Of a stretch of DNA of 64,000 nt, positions 1 to 11,844 are shown in pieces. The stretch is taken from the NCBI GenBank assembly GCA_964019425.1, contig OZ025793.1:124001-188000 (forward strand), written 5' to 3'. Source of the DNA: Flectonema sp. DT1601 (taxonomy: Eukaryota). Position 1 is the stretch's first letter, and the number at the start of each line of letters is the position of its first letter. The position numbers and the translations under genes are program-made. The notes under the pieces were generated by a model, which saw only the letters and a list, made by a program, of their open reading frames with translations, was not told where the DNA came from and made no database searches.

Positions 1-607
1 AAGAGAAATTATCTGGGAGTGGGGGGAAGGTGAAAAAAATAAAAAATCTTCTTTCTTTCATTCTTTATAATACGACCACATGTGCCATATGCCCACACTC
101 CACGAAAGAAAATAGAAACCCCCGGAACAGTACCGAGGATCGTTCACCCCCAGTTGTCCTTCCTAAAAAAATAAAGACCACTAAATGTTTTAAAGGTAAT
201 TGTTCGTATCATTGCCTTGTTCCTGTTTGCATTTAAAGTGAAAAGACGGGGAGAGAAAGTTCTAAACACAAATCAACAATGCGCACAGAAATAGGCAACT
301 TTTATTTGAAAATAATAATAATTAATAATCCAAGAAGAATATTTTGTTTAGTAAATTGACAACTAACGACTGCCGTCGTGAGTAAAGCAACCGAATGAGA
401 GAAGAGCAATATTGTTGCCCGAGATCTTACTGTTTTGTGAGAAATAAGGGGAACCCAATGTGCTGCCAAGTGACAAGTACAAATTTGTAAAAGTTAGGGA
501 GGAAAAATTGTAAGTTTTTCTTTTTTTTTTTTTTTTTTTTGTTGGTTAATCCTAAAAGCACCAAAAAATTGAAAAATGATAACGGCGGCTTTCTGATTTG
601 GATAGTT

Positions 608-1983
608 TTAAATAACTTTCGTAAATGTTTCCTGTTCAATCTCCTCATCATCGATAACAACATCTTGTCTTTGACGTCTTCCAACTATGAATATGAATAT
701 CAAAATGATGAACACTAATGTTACAGTTATAAAATATACAGATAAACTAATAAAGAATTCATCTGGTATTGATGATGATAATGATGAACTCTCACGTTCA
801 CAAATAGTTAGCGCTGGTGTGTCACTGTCGTTATATGATTGAAGAAAACAACCGAAAACCTTTCCAAGTAACTTAACATTAGGAGCGTAACCCTTTGCCA
901 CGTCCCAATTTCCCATAAGGTTCTCACAAATATAAGTACTACATATATCCATAGCACTGAGCAATGCTGGAACACTACCTTCAGGACAGTAACCATCAGC
1001 AACAATAAGTGGTAAACACATGCTGGGTATTGGTGCAGGTGTTGGGATTGGTGTTGTAAACGGTTGACAGATAGTGAATTCGACATTACCGAAATCGTAT
1101 GTTTCAATGTGGCAGCCGAACCCATTTCCGGTAATTCTTTTTCCTGAAGTAGCACATTTCGCCATATCATAAGTATCAAGAAGATGATTACAGATATAAG
1201 GTCTACACAACTCTACTTGACTAAGAAATGCAGGAACTAAATGCGAAGGACAGTCTCCCCTAACAATAGAAAGATCACCGCAGCTATTCAGTGATGGTGT
1301 TGGTGTCGGGGGTGGTGTTGGAATGTGTGGTCTGCACAGCGTAGCTTCACTTCGAGGACCATCTTTAAGATAACACCCATATCCAGGACCATAAAGTGAG
1401 ACTGACGGATCAGCTCCTCCAGCTATCTCCCAACCGCTCAAAACATAAGTACAGATGTAATCTGAACAGGATTTTAAAACATTTAGAGGGATCGGTTCTG
1501 TACCAAAAGGACAGGTTTTATTATTTATCACTGAAATGTAACCACACATATGTGATGTCGGTGCTGGTGGTGGAGGTGGTGTTGGAATTGGCTGACATAG
1601 AGTAGTACCATTAAAGGTTCCATGTTTTAGTTTACATTGATATCCAAGACCATAAAGCATCATTGACTCATCAGCTCCTCTAGCAATCTCCCACTGACTT
1701 ATAATGTACGAACAGATATAACCATAACAGGATTGTAAAATATTAAGTGGTAGTGCTTCTGTACCATGAGGACAGGTATCTGACTGAACTACTGTAATAT
1801 AACCACACAAATTATCTGGCGCTGGTAGACGACTCACTCCCAAGGTTGAGCTTACACTCTGTGTTGTTGTTTGTTGTTTTTTTTTTTTTTTTGTATTTCT
1901 TGTTTTTTTTTCTTCGTTAAAAATTAATAACACATAACACACACCATTAATAATATCGTCACCAGTTTGGTTACGTGGATCAT
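608..1983 (-). CDS. Type I membrane protein: signal peptide, four Cys-rich APT (aerolysin/pertussis toxin)-like repeats with Pro/Thr linkers, C-terminal TM helix; 2 exons (1983-1945, 1858-608)
   Basis: Removing intron 1944-1859 (GTGTGT...AACACAG) joins MIHVTKLVTILLM to SVSSTLG and creates a signal peptide. Four ~70-aa repeats have the pattern C-G..CP.G..P..L..C..YIC....W.IA.GA.....G.GYGC.L.....T.C.P. TM segment FFISLSVYFITVTLVFIILIFIFIVG is followed by RRQR. Confidence 0.8.
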
Positions 1984-2176
1984 ATTTCTTTTTTTTTCCC
2001 CTTTCCTTTTGAAAAAAAAAAAAAAAAAAAAACTGAATTGTAAAAAAGAAGACTTTAACGACATCGAACTGAGCAGTCAATAGAATAAGAAGAATATACT
2101 AATCTAAGTAAAAATATTTAAAAAAGAAAACAAGTTTCTTGGTACAAATACAAAATTGAGAATCTATTCTCTTCGG

Positions 2177-3661
2177 TTATGGAACATGTGGTTCTGACTC
2201 AAACATCTTCACGGCATTCACATAGGCTCTTTTACGAGCATTGTTGATATCGCTTTTATCTTCTTCGGTAAGTCCCAATGTAGAATCTATTTGTTTTTTA
2301 TTTTCATTTTGATTTGTCATAGAAGAATCATGTGGTGGGTTTGGAGACATCACCCCCAAGTGAGTTCTATGATTACCCTCACGTGACGTCGATTGGAATT
2401 GTTGAGTCATTCTTTCATAACGTTGGAATTGATTAATCTTCCAACTCTTAATTTTAAGAGAACGAGACACTTCTCTTTCTTTATTAGAACTCCTCAACAG
2501 CACACGTTGATTGTATGCTTGAGAATCAACATCATCAGCAAGCTGCTGTAATTGAGATCGCTCTTCATCAATTAAGTTAATATCATTGTCAAGGTGGTGT
2601 CTTCGTTCTTGTATTTGAGAGAGGTGCTTTTCATGTTCATACTGCAATGAATCAAGTTTTTGATGTCTTCTTGTGCACGCAGACTGCAATTCTTGAATTA
2701 GAGCTTTGTGTCGAATTGTTTCCGGAATTGTCACAAAATAAGGTCTGAACTCCTGTCCATATAACGACCTCCCTCCGAATATCATAAATAGCCCAAGGCA
2801 ACCACTTAATCTCCCCACACTTGGATCGTATAAAGGAGTCACTTCTTCTTGTGGTGTAGTTAACATCCAAGTATTACTTGCTACATCCCAAAGATGTAGT
2901 TCGCTAGATATTTTGTTATGTTCATTTAAACCCCCAAATATAAAAATAAAATCTTCCGAAACCCCCAAAGAATGTCTACAGAGAGGTACGCTACAAATAA
3001 TTTCCCTCCAGTAGAATGTATTTGTGTCGTACACCCATAAGTCTGATAATGTTGTATTTGATAAGTCTTTTCCTCCATGAATTACTAAGGTTTTTTTAGG
3101 AGCTGGTGAAGCAGCATGAAAAGCGCGTAGTTTTGGTCTATTTGATCCTCGTTGAGAGCACGACATGACTAATCCAGTTGTTCCATCAATAGATAGTAAA
3201 CGAGGATGAGATTGATGTTCATCGACATCATCAGGTGAGGTACCACCAAATAGAATTAAAAGACTCGGATGACCACAATAAGATAATGAATAACCTTTAA
3301 GACTCTCTCCATTGTGTGATATCCTTACAGTTCCCCAAGTTAATGAATCCAACGTCAGTATAGAAAGATAAAAACCAGAAGCAATACTCCAAGTGACTGC
3401 TACTTGTCTAGTATCAATCGCTGTAACGACCGAGTAAATACAATCCCAACTCGGACCTTGTCCTGCGGTGTCTATTTCAAACCAATCTTGCATATCGTAG
3501 ACCATGACATTACAATTATATCCAACAGTACCTCTCTTTCCAATAACCAGAATCCTATCATCGACAATACAACTACCAACAGTCGTCCATTGCATTGACT
3601 CCGCAGGCATTGCCGGATGCCGTTCCCAAAGGGGTGTCACTTCCGTGCCGTGAGTTCGCAT
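2177..3661 (-). CDS. Kelch-repeat beta-propeller protein with C-terminal coiled coil
   Basis: Kelch motifs LILFGG, RAFHAA..LVIHGG..LSDLWVYD...W, RHSL....IFIFGG and FMIFGG; helical Q/E-rich tail. The first plausible ATG is at 3661 (MRTHG); the longer ORF start runs through homopolymer sequence. Confidence 0.8.
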   Translation of the reverse strand: MRTHGTEVTPLWERHPAMPAESMQWTTVGSCIVDDRILVIGKRGTVGYNCNVMVYDMQDWFEIDTAGQGPSWDCIYSVVTAIDTRQVAVTWSIASGFYLSILTLDSLTWGTVRISHNGESLKGYSLSYCGHPSLLILFGGTSPDDVDEHQSHPRLLSIDGTTGLVMSCSQRGSNRPKLRAFHAASPAPKKTLVIHGGKDLSNTTLSDLWVYDTNTFYWREIICSVPLCRHSLGVSEDFIFIFGGLNEHNKISSELHLWDVASNTWMLTTPQEEVTPLYDPSVGRLSGCLGLFMIFGGRSLYGQEFRPYFVTIPETIRHKALIQELQSACTRRHQKLDSLQYEHEKHLSQIQERRHHLDNDINLIDEERSQLQQLADDVDSQAYNQRVLLRSSNKEREVSRSLKIKSWKINQFQRYERMTQQFQSTSREGNHRTHLGVMSPNPPHDSSMTNQNENKKQIDSTLGLTEEDKSDINNARKRAYVNAVKMFESEPHVP

Positions 3662-4422
3662 TTCTGTTTCTATTTTATTTTTATTTTGTTTTTTAAGACA
3701 TTTCTGTTTTTTTAAAAAAAAAAAATTATATTTTTTCACGCGACTGCATATCTCACAATACCTACCTTAGTAGTAGTTTATTTTAGTTATTTTTTTTTTT
3801 TTTTTTTTTTTTTCTGGAAGAAAAAAAAATGAAGAAAAGAAAAAAAAACAAAAAGAGGAAAAAAAAACACAAAAAAAACCAATAAAAGTAAGTCTATACA
3901 TATATAACCAGGAATTCACGGTACTCTCTTCGTTTTTTTTTTTTTTTAAAACTTAAAAGGGGAATGGATAAAGAATGATGGTGGTGTTACACAACGCTCT
4001 ACATATGAACGGCACTCGCAACTATTCGCGTGAGTAGGCAATCTGAAGAGATTTTATTGGCGCCTCTGCCACTCCTAAAAAAAAATTGTTAAAAAGAAAT
4101 AAGTACGACTGTAGACTCCACGACCAAAAAGTTAACTAAAGTAAAGAACAGTAAGAACGTCGCACTTTATATATGCACGTTTGTTTCTAAAGGCAAGGCA
4201 TTTTCCTACATACTCAACAAGAATAATTGATCAAATAAGAATGTTGCTCTGACTCACAGCAGAGTGCAACACCTCGACGAGTTTTCGCCGTAAATGGCGA
4301 CTGGTTTTTGATCAAAAAAAAAAAAAAATATAAAAAAATAAGACAGGAAAAAAAAAAAAAAAAGTTTTATCGATAGAAGAATGGAACAGCTAGTTTACTG
4401 CTGCTGACCAACGTAATCAGAA

Positions 4423-4455
<33 letters not shown>

Positions 4456-5159
4456 GAAAGTAAAACAACCTTCTCGCATACGCTTTACTCAAACCTACTC
4501 AATAGATAAAACAAAAAGCCAATGCAAAGACCTAAGTGGGCATACAAGGAAATGACAGCTGCCGAACCAAAGAAAAGCTCAGCAATAAAATGGAAGAAAC
4601 TTCGAGCTGCAATATATTCTCAAAAAAGCTATAATAGAGTTATAACTATAGGTATTATTTTCTTTTTTCTTTTTAAGAAAAAGAAAATAAAAAAAAAGAG
4701 AGAAATCCCCACGCTGCCCAACATGCCTTCTGCCGTCCTTCTTGACCGAGGTTGTAAGAATAATATAAGGAAAATAAACGATAAATAAGTATAAAAAATA
4801 GGAAGATTTCTCGTCCCCCTGCAACAGAGCGCGAAGCTAACTCATGCGCAGCTGCACGGGGGGGTATCACGAAAAGATCGATAAGAATAACAACACCCAC
4901 CCGCCCTGCAGTCCTACGTAATAGGCCTTCAATGCATTTTCTTTATTTTTTTTTTTTTTTTTTCCTTCTTTTCTTTTCTTCCATTCAGACTAGGTGCGAA
5001 AGAAAGAACGGGAAAAAAAGATAAAAACCAAAAAAAAGAGACAACAAAAAAAAAAAGAAATAAAAAGAAAATCACAACAAGAAATCACTCGCTAACCTGA
5101 AGATCCGCACAGGGAGGAGATTTATACAAACGGTACAAACTTCTTTTAGAAAAAGAAGT

Positions 5160-6982
5160 TTACATAGCAGCGTCGTAGTTTGGACCACCACCACCTTCAG
5201 GTACCGTCCAGTTAATATTGTCACACTTAATATCACAGGCCTTGCAGTGAAGGCAGTTCTGGGCAGAGATGGTGAGGTCGCGTTTGCCGTCCTTTTCAGG
5301 GTACTCGTAGACTCCTGCAGGGCAGAACTTCGCAAGTGTTCCTCCATACTTCTGTAAATCAATATCAGCAGCCTCAGACCACACCTTCGGTTTTAAGTGT
5401 GCTGGCTGATCACCTTCGTGATTGGTCTGCGATCTGCTGTGGTTAGTCAACAGATCAAAAGTAAGTTTTCCATCAGGTTTTGGGTACTCAATATCTTTAC
5501 ATTGATCAATTGGTAAATGAGTTGAGTGGTCCTCATGTTCGTGTGCGAGGTTCATTGGCTCTTTTCCCTTAGTAATGAGTTCAGTGACACCTGTGTACAC
5601 AACACCAGCCCAGAAGTTCTTAGCAAATACTTGTCTGACGTTTCTAACTCTGTTGGTTTGGTTGTTTATCATCATAAATAAAGAGATGTGTTATTATTAA
5701 TTAAATAGACATACTGATGAAGCTCTTTGTGGAGCCATGACTCTTCAAATCTTTGTTTGTAAGTCGCGACTTCCTCACCGTCGGTGACCTGTTCAGCGTC
5801 TTTACCCTTGAAGACATCATCATACATAGACTCTGCAGCAAGCATACCAGACTTCATAGCAGTGTGAGTTCCCTTAATCTTTGGAAGGTTAAGGAATCCA
5901 GCAGTGTCACCTACAAGAAGACCACCAGGAAAGGTCAACTTAGGCAACGACAACAGTCCTCCTTCACTTAGAGTTCTGGCGCCATAGCTGATGCACTTAC
6001 CGCCATCAAGAATGTCACGAATGGAATCGTGAGTCTTCCATTTCTGCATTTCCATGTAAGGTCTGGTGTTGCTATTTTTGTAGTCAAGTCCAGTTACGAA
6101 CCCGACACTTACTTTACCATCACCCATGTGATACATCCATGAACCTCCGTAAGTATTATCGTGACCTTCTGCTTTAGAAACAGGCCATCCAATAGTGTGT
6201 CTAACAAGACCTTCTCTGTGTTTGCTTGGATCTACTTCCCAAACTTCTTTGATTCCGAGACCGTAGGTTTGGAATTGGCTGTTATCGCGGAGTCCAAACT
6301 TTTCGAATAATTCTTTTGTGACAGATCCTCTGCATCCCTCAGCAAAGACTGTTTGCTTTGCTCTGAGGATCATACCTTGCTGGTAGACATCCTTCTTTTC
6401 ACCAGTCTTTGATATTCCCTTGTCATCAGTGATAATACCAGTAACCTTACCTTCTGAATCATAAACAGCTGATGCTGCAGCAAACCCAGGGAAGACGTCA
6501 ACACCCATTTCTTCAGCCTGATCACCCATCCAAGCACATAAAGAACCTAAAGATATAAGGTAATTACCATGATTCTGTAGGGATGGTGGAATTAGTGAAC
6601 CCGGTACTTCATAATGAGAGCTGGCGCTATTCAAAACAAAGAACTCGTCAGCTGTGACTTCAGTCTTAAGAGGAGCTCCCTTCTCTTTCCAGTCGGGAAG
6701 TAATTCAGTTAAACTGCGGGTTTCGATACAAGCACCTGATAGAATGTGAGCTCCAATCATGGAACCTTTTTCAATTAATGCGACGTTCAGTTCTCTGTTG
6801 TCTTCTGCTGCGAGTTGTTTCAATCTAATTGCGGTACTCAGTCCACTTGGTCCTCCTCCGACAATAACAACATCGTATTCCATTTCTTCTCTTTCTTCCT
6901 CAGAACTACACCATCTTCTCTGAAATAGTTGTGGTGCTCTTAGTGATGGGCGCAGCCCACTCCGCAACATTGATCTCATCAT
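5160..6982 (-). CDS. ETFDH: Electron transfer flavoprotein-ubiquinone oxidoreductase, mitochondrial; 2 exons (6982-5715, 5649-5160)
   Basis: YDVVIVGGGPSGLS FAD motif, GAHILSGA, KIKGTHTAMKSGMLAAE, and C-terminal 4Fe-4S motifs FCPAGVYE and NCLHCKACDIK. Intron 5714-5650 (GTATGT...AACAG) restores KELHQ-VRNVR. Arg-rich presequence. Confidence 0.97.
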
Positions 6983-7922
6983 CTTATCGTAAAGGGGGGT
7001 CTTTAGAAATATAAGATTTCGTTTTTAAAAAAAAATTAAAAAAAACAACTTATTTTCAAAGAAATGCGAACAGCCTAAATAGTGTCGCTGAACTCTTTTG
7101 TTTTGATTGTACTCTCGCTTCAATTTCTTGTTGAATGGCATGCATTCAGAAGCAATGATTATTCTCACATAGAGTAATCGTGAAAGAAATATTAATTTTG
7201 TAAATGTGTCAGAAGCATGTGTTGCTCTCCCTTATTTTTATTATTATTATTATTATTATTTGTTTTTTTCCAACAGCACATATCAAAAACAGCTCAAGGT
7301 TCGCAAGCACCTCTTGACAACAACACGTTGACAAAGTTGTAATTGAAAAAAGAGAACTGCGGCAACATCGTGTATCCAAGGAAATAAAAAAAAAAAAAAA
7401 AAAAACCTTTATCCGCTTTTTCTTCGTATCTCTTATCTGTGCAATGTATACAGTAAAATAAGAGAAAAAAAAAGAAGGAAATAATCAAGAGCATTACGGA
7501 GTATTTGCACTACAGAAATAACAATTCGGCAGATGACTTGCAGATCAAAATGCGAGGATTCTGTAAATACGAAAAGGAAAAAGAAAAACAGGCGGCACCT
7601 TGCACACTGCTCACGGAACATGCAATGGGTACCGACAGATATTAACAATACCGCTACCACACTCCGCCTGTGATAACTCCACTTATTCTCTGTTATCGAT
7701 CATAGAAAGAATATATTTCAACAAACTACCAAATACTTGTAAAAACATGAAGTGGCATTGAAGAAATACAAATACAAGAAAGTAGAATATTCGAAGAAGA
7801 CAAGAAACCTTTTTTTTAAAAAAAAACGTAAACGACGAAACGCGATAAACCGCAGACATCAAAGCGGCCACGATGTAGAAAAGCTATAAAAATACAAGTC
7901 GGGGAAAACGTCATGAAAACGC

Positions 7923-8358
7923 TTATGCCTCAGACCCAGATGATCTCCTTTTGTTAACTTTTCGAAGTATCTTTCTCGGGATTACTAAATCACTTCCATC
8001 AGCAGCAACGAACTCCATTTTTGAAAAGTCTATTGAGCATTCTTCTGTACCAAGCTGTGTTGTTTTGTCGTTTTTATTTCTCTTTTTACTATCCTCCAAT
8101 CAGATAACAAACACAAACCTTTATAGTCGCAACAGGATCATCACTGGATACCTGTTCTAATACTTTATCAATTTTTTCATTATCTTCTTGACTTCCTTCA
8201 ATCCACGTTCTGCCTTTACAACATTGGTATGCCCAGTAGTGACTTTGAATCTCTCGCCTCTCTTGTACCAAATTAGCATAAACAGTTGCTCCCATGAAAG
8301 TCACAGTTACAGGTATGCTGGTACTCAATACAACAGGAATTATGAGAGGAAGTGGCAT
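7923..8358 (-). CDS. Small protein with hydrophobic N-terminus and WWE-like domain; 2 exons (8358-8119, 8054-7923)
   Basis: Intron 8118-8055 (GTTTGT...AACACAG) gives in-frame ...YWAYQCCKGRTWIEGSQEDNEKIDK...ATIK-LGTEECSIDFSKMEF...PRKILRK. The W..W spacing, IDF..M and terminal R-I-R resemble WWE domains. Confidence 0.6.
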
Positions 8359-9292
8359 TTGTGTAAAATATAATGTGTATAGGAGGGGAGGGGAGGTAGT
8401 GTACTGTGGAAAACGAAATAATTTGATATAAAAAAAAAAAAGAGTAATTTTATCGCCTTTCGCCCCAATAAGGTACGGTTCGCTGTTTTTTAACGATAAA
8501 ACATTAGCAGTAATTTATATTAAAAAAAATTATTCACTCGAAGACGCGACGTCTGATTTCTCTTTTTTCTCAATTTAACACAACTACTGATCAAAAAGTA
8601 ATAACTACGAAGAAATATTTCAACAGTTGAAGGTGAGGCCGAACTTACGATTTTAATTAACGTTGAGTTGACATTTAGTGAGTGAGAGAATGGCACTCTA
8701 CAAACAAACTCCGCTAGACTATAGATTCCCCCTCCACGAAAGACTTTAGGATACTGAAGAACTTGCTCAAACCTTTTCTTTGAGACAACTAAGAACAGAT
8801 TTTACACAAACAGAAAATTTAACGGGTGGCGGAAGGGAAACAAGAAGGCAATCGAGCCTTCCTGAGGATTCTATTGTTGTTGTTTTTTTTTTTTTTTTTT
8901 TGGTTTTTTTTTTAGTTTTTTTTTTTTGTTAACTTTCCTCGTATTTTCTTCTTACGAATGCCTCCAAAGTTTAGTTGGGTCGGGTTCTTTTTTTTTTTTA
9001 AATTTTTTTATTTCCGCGTTGTCTACAGCAATAATCTGGCACAGAAACACATTAATAACAGAAATGACCATCTAATTAATGACAACTTTACCATATGACA
9101 CTCAACTGTTGATGCCTTATAAACGTGAGAACAACTGGGAGGGGAAAGAGAGACCAGAACACAAAAGCTAGACTAAAAGATATCAGTACGTGGAGGAAGA
9201 ATAGAAAAATAGCAGACACACAGGAACTCAACTCACTGTTTGTTATAACACCACCTCTGTGTTGCTCATCACTAACAAGAATAAGAAGATTT

Positions 9293-9357
9293 CTACCTTC
9301 CGTGGAATCCCTGCTGTGGTTGTTGCCCTTGTTGCTGAGGTTGCTGCTGTTGTTGTT

Positions 9358-9400
<43 letters not shown>

Positions 9401-11844
9401 TCCTTGTAATGGAATATATTGATTCCAATTCTGTACCGACGGTTGATAAATATCTTTCGAATTCGTTTGCTGCGGCAGTACCGAACCCCCCGGCAGCTGT
9501 CCTAAGTTAGCGTACCCTGACATTTGTTGAAACTGAGCAAGTGGTGTTGGTTGAAATTGAGACAAGTTACTGAACGTATCCTGGTATCGCATTCCACTCA
9601 TGTTCTGTTTGTTTGTTTTGTTTTTGTTGAGTTTATTTCAATAGTAGACAAGCAACAACTACATACCTGGACCTGGACAGTTGGCTGTGCGTACTGAAAG
9701 GGTGACGCCATGTTGCTCTGAAAAGGATTTGTTTGAAAGGCTGAAGTCCCACCAAGTACGACTCCGGGGATACCTTGAACTTGAGTAGGAATATGCTGAA
9801 GACCAGCAGTTTGTTGTTGCGGCTGTTGCTGTTGTTGTTGCTGTTGCTGCTGCTGCTGCTGCTGTTGGCGATTACGAGGGTTTTGCTGATGGTGCGGCTG
9901 TCGATGAAGTTGCTGCTGCTGTTGCTGCTGTTGTTTGTGCATCTGCTGCTGAAAGGGTAGCTGTGGTTGCTGTGGAACTTGTTGATGCGACTGCTGCAGC
10001 TGCTGGTGTTGTTGCTGCTGCTGTTGCTGCTGTCGGATAGAATTCCATGAAAACTGCTGAGCAGCAGCTCCAAGTGACTGGCTTCCGTCCAGCACACCCA
10101 TCGGCATCATTGGCACCATACCTGCACCATCTGACTTCCCAGTAAACATAAACTTCTCATCTGATACAATAGGAAGTGTATTACTCTTATCAGTCAACAC
10201 TGTCTGTTCAACATGTTTTGAGTTATAATCTGGTGAGTCTGATCCTTCAAATAAATCTGTTTATGATTTTGGTATTTAAATAAACTGTTGATCAGTCAAA
10301 GTGAATAATAATTCTCAAGACATACTTGCGAGATCAGCAAGGCGCTGCTTTTCTATGTCGTCCTCAGAAGGTGGTTGTGGAGAAGTTTCCGGAGGTAACA
10401 TTACCTTACTGGTGGTCTGATGAACTGGTGGGCTGGCAGGTTGCTCCTGTACATCAGTTGTAAGTTGCGGGGATGCATCAATTGGTTCAGGACTTGCAGT
10501 TGTCTCGACTTCGTACTCTTCACGTGCTGGTTTCCCTTTCTTACCTGACTTGTTGCCCTTCTTTCCACTTTTACCTTTTCCTTTGCCTCCGACATTCTTT
10601 CCAACTGCCGTCACGACACTCTTCGCAAGGTCTTTAGCAGCTGTTCGAGCCCTGGTAGCCTCCTCCATAAGATTCGCAACCGAAGTTTTCTCAGACTGCT
10701 GTGGCATTGCCGCATGAACAATTGTTTTAGTGTGCGCCGAAGCAGCCTTCTGTGCCCAAGTGAGCTCCTTGTCAGACTGAGATTCTGTTTTTGAATCAGA
10801 TGTAGTGACCCACGATTCTTCAATAACAGCCTCATGTCGAATTGGAGCAGCGACTGGTGGTGGTGATGTTGGTGCAGGTGGAGCTCTTTCAGGTTTCTTC
10901 CCATTCGTCTTGACTGCTCGCTTTGCTTCCATTTGTGTAATCTTCTTCTCTGCGGCTTCTTTTTCGGTCTGTTCCCGCTTATATTTTTCTCTTTGTAATT
11001 TATCCTCCTTTTCCTTTAACTTTGCCTTCATATTCTCTTCCGTCAGGTTGTCAAGTGAGCGCTTGTGTTCCTCCTGTTTGGTAACCTCACTTAGCTTAAG
11101 AGCTAATTCCATGTCTAGTTTGTATCGCTCATCGAGATCAGTCTCAGCTGCGTGAGGAGTAAACTTCTTCATTTTTACTCTTTTTGGTTTTGGTTTTGGA
11201 GATTCAACACTTTCCTCAGTCTCTTTTGGTTTCTCGATCTCCTTACTCACTTTCTTAGCTGGTGGTGCTGGTTTGGGTGAGGTGGGTTTGATTGTTTGCT
11301 TTGTATCCGCAGGAGAGGTTTTTGTTTTTTTAGTTTTTTCTTTTTTCAATGTTGTGAGTGGCTCTGATGAAGTAGGTTCTTCCTTCGGTAATTCTTTTGA
11401 GATCTTTTCTTCTGGTTCAGGTTTTATGTTCTTTACTTCAAGTACTGGAGTTTTGACACTCTCTAAGACGAGTACTTCTTCCTTCACAACTTTACTACGC
11501 GAGAGAGTTTCTGCAGGAGTTGTCGTTGGGGGTAAAGGAGTACCTTCGTCAATTTTCTTCTTCTTTTTCTTATCCTTCTTTTTCTTGGTAACTACTTCAG
11601 TGTTTTTGCTTTCCACTGATGTTGGAGTGGAGGATATGGCGGTGTTGCTTGCGGTGTTGCTTCCATTTTTCTTTTTCTTTTTATTAGTAGTTTTCTTTGA
11701 TATGTTTCCGCGTTGTGTTGCTTCCTCAACAAGTGATCTCCTTCCCGTACCAAACTTACCTTTCTGAAAGAGGAATGCTCCAACTACGGCAGCCAATACA
11801 AGAGTAGCGATGAAGACGAGCGCACCATCCTGAACAGACACCAT
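9293..11844 (-). CDS. N-terminally membrane-anchored Lys/Glu/Pro-rich protein with C-terminal polyglutamine region; 3 exons (11844-10326, 10256-9667, 9604-9293)
   Basis: TM segment ALVFIATLVLAAVVGAFLF. Introns 10325-10257 and 9666-9605 (both GTATGT...AAACAG) join three ORF-track ORFs in frame (LA-NLFEGSD; VQ-NMSGM). CAG/CAA tracts encode polyQ. Confidence 0.75.

Noticed and set aside
1984..2080. N-terminal extension of the 490-aa ORF (poly-Phe/poly-Lys)
   Set aside because: Translation of homopolymer UTR and intron sequence; the spliced model from ATG 1983 gives a proper signal peptide.
4240..4302. Two hairpins (TGTTGCTCTG/CAGAGTGCAACA and TCGCCGTAAATGGCGA)
   Set aside because: No snoRNA boxes or second copy; cannot be distinguished from chance UTR structure.
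9125..10097. Poly-Leu, poly-Ala/Val and poly-Ser ORFs
   Set aside because: Alternative-frame or antisense readings of the polyQ tracts.
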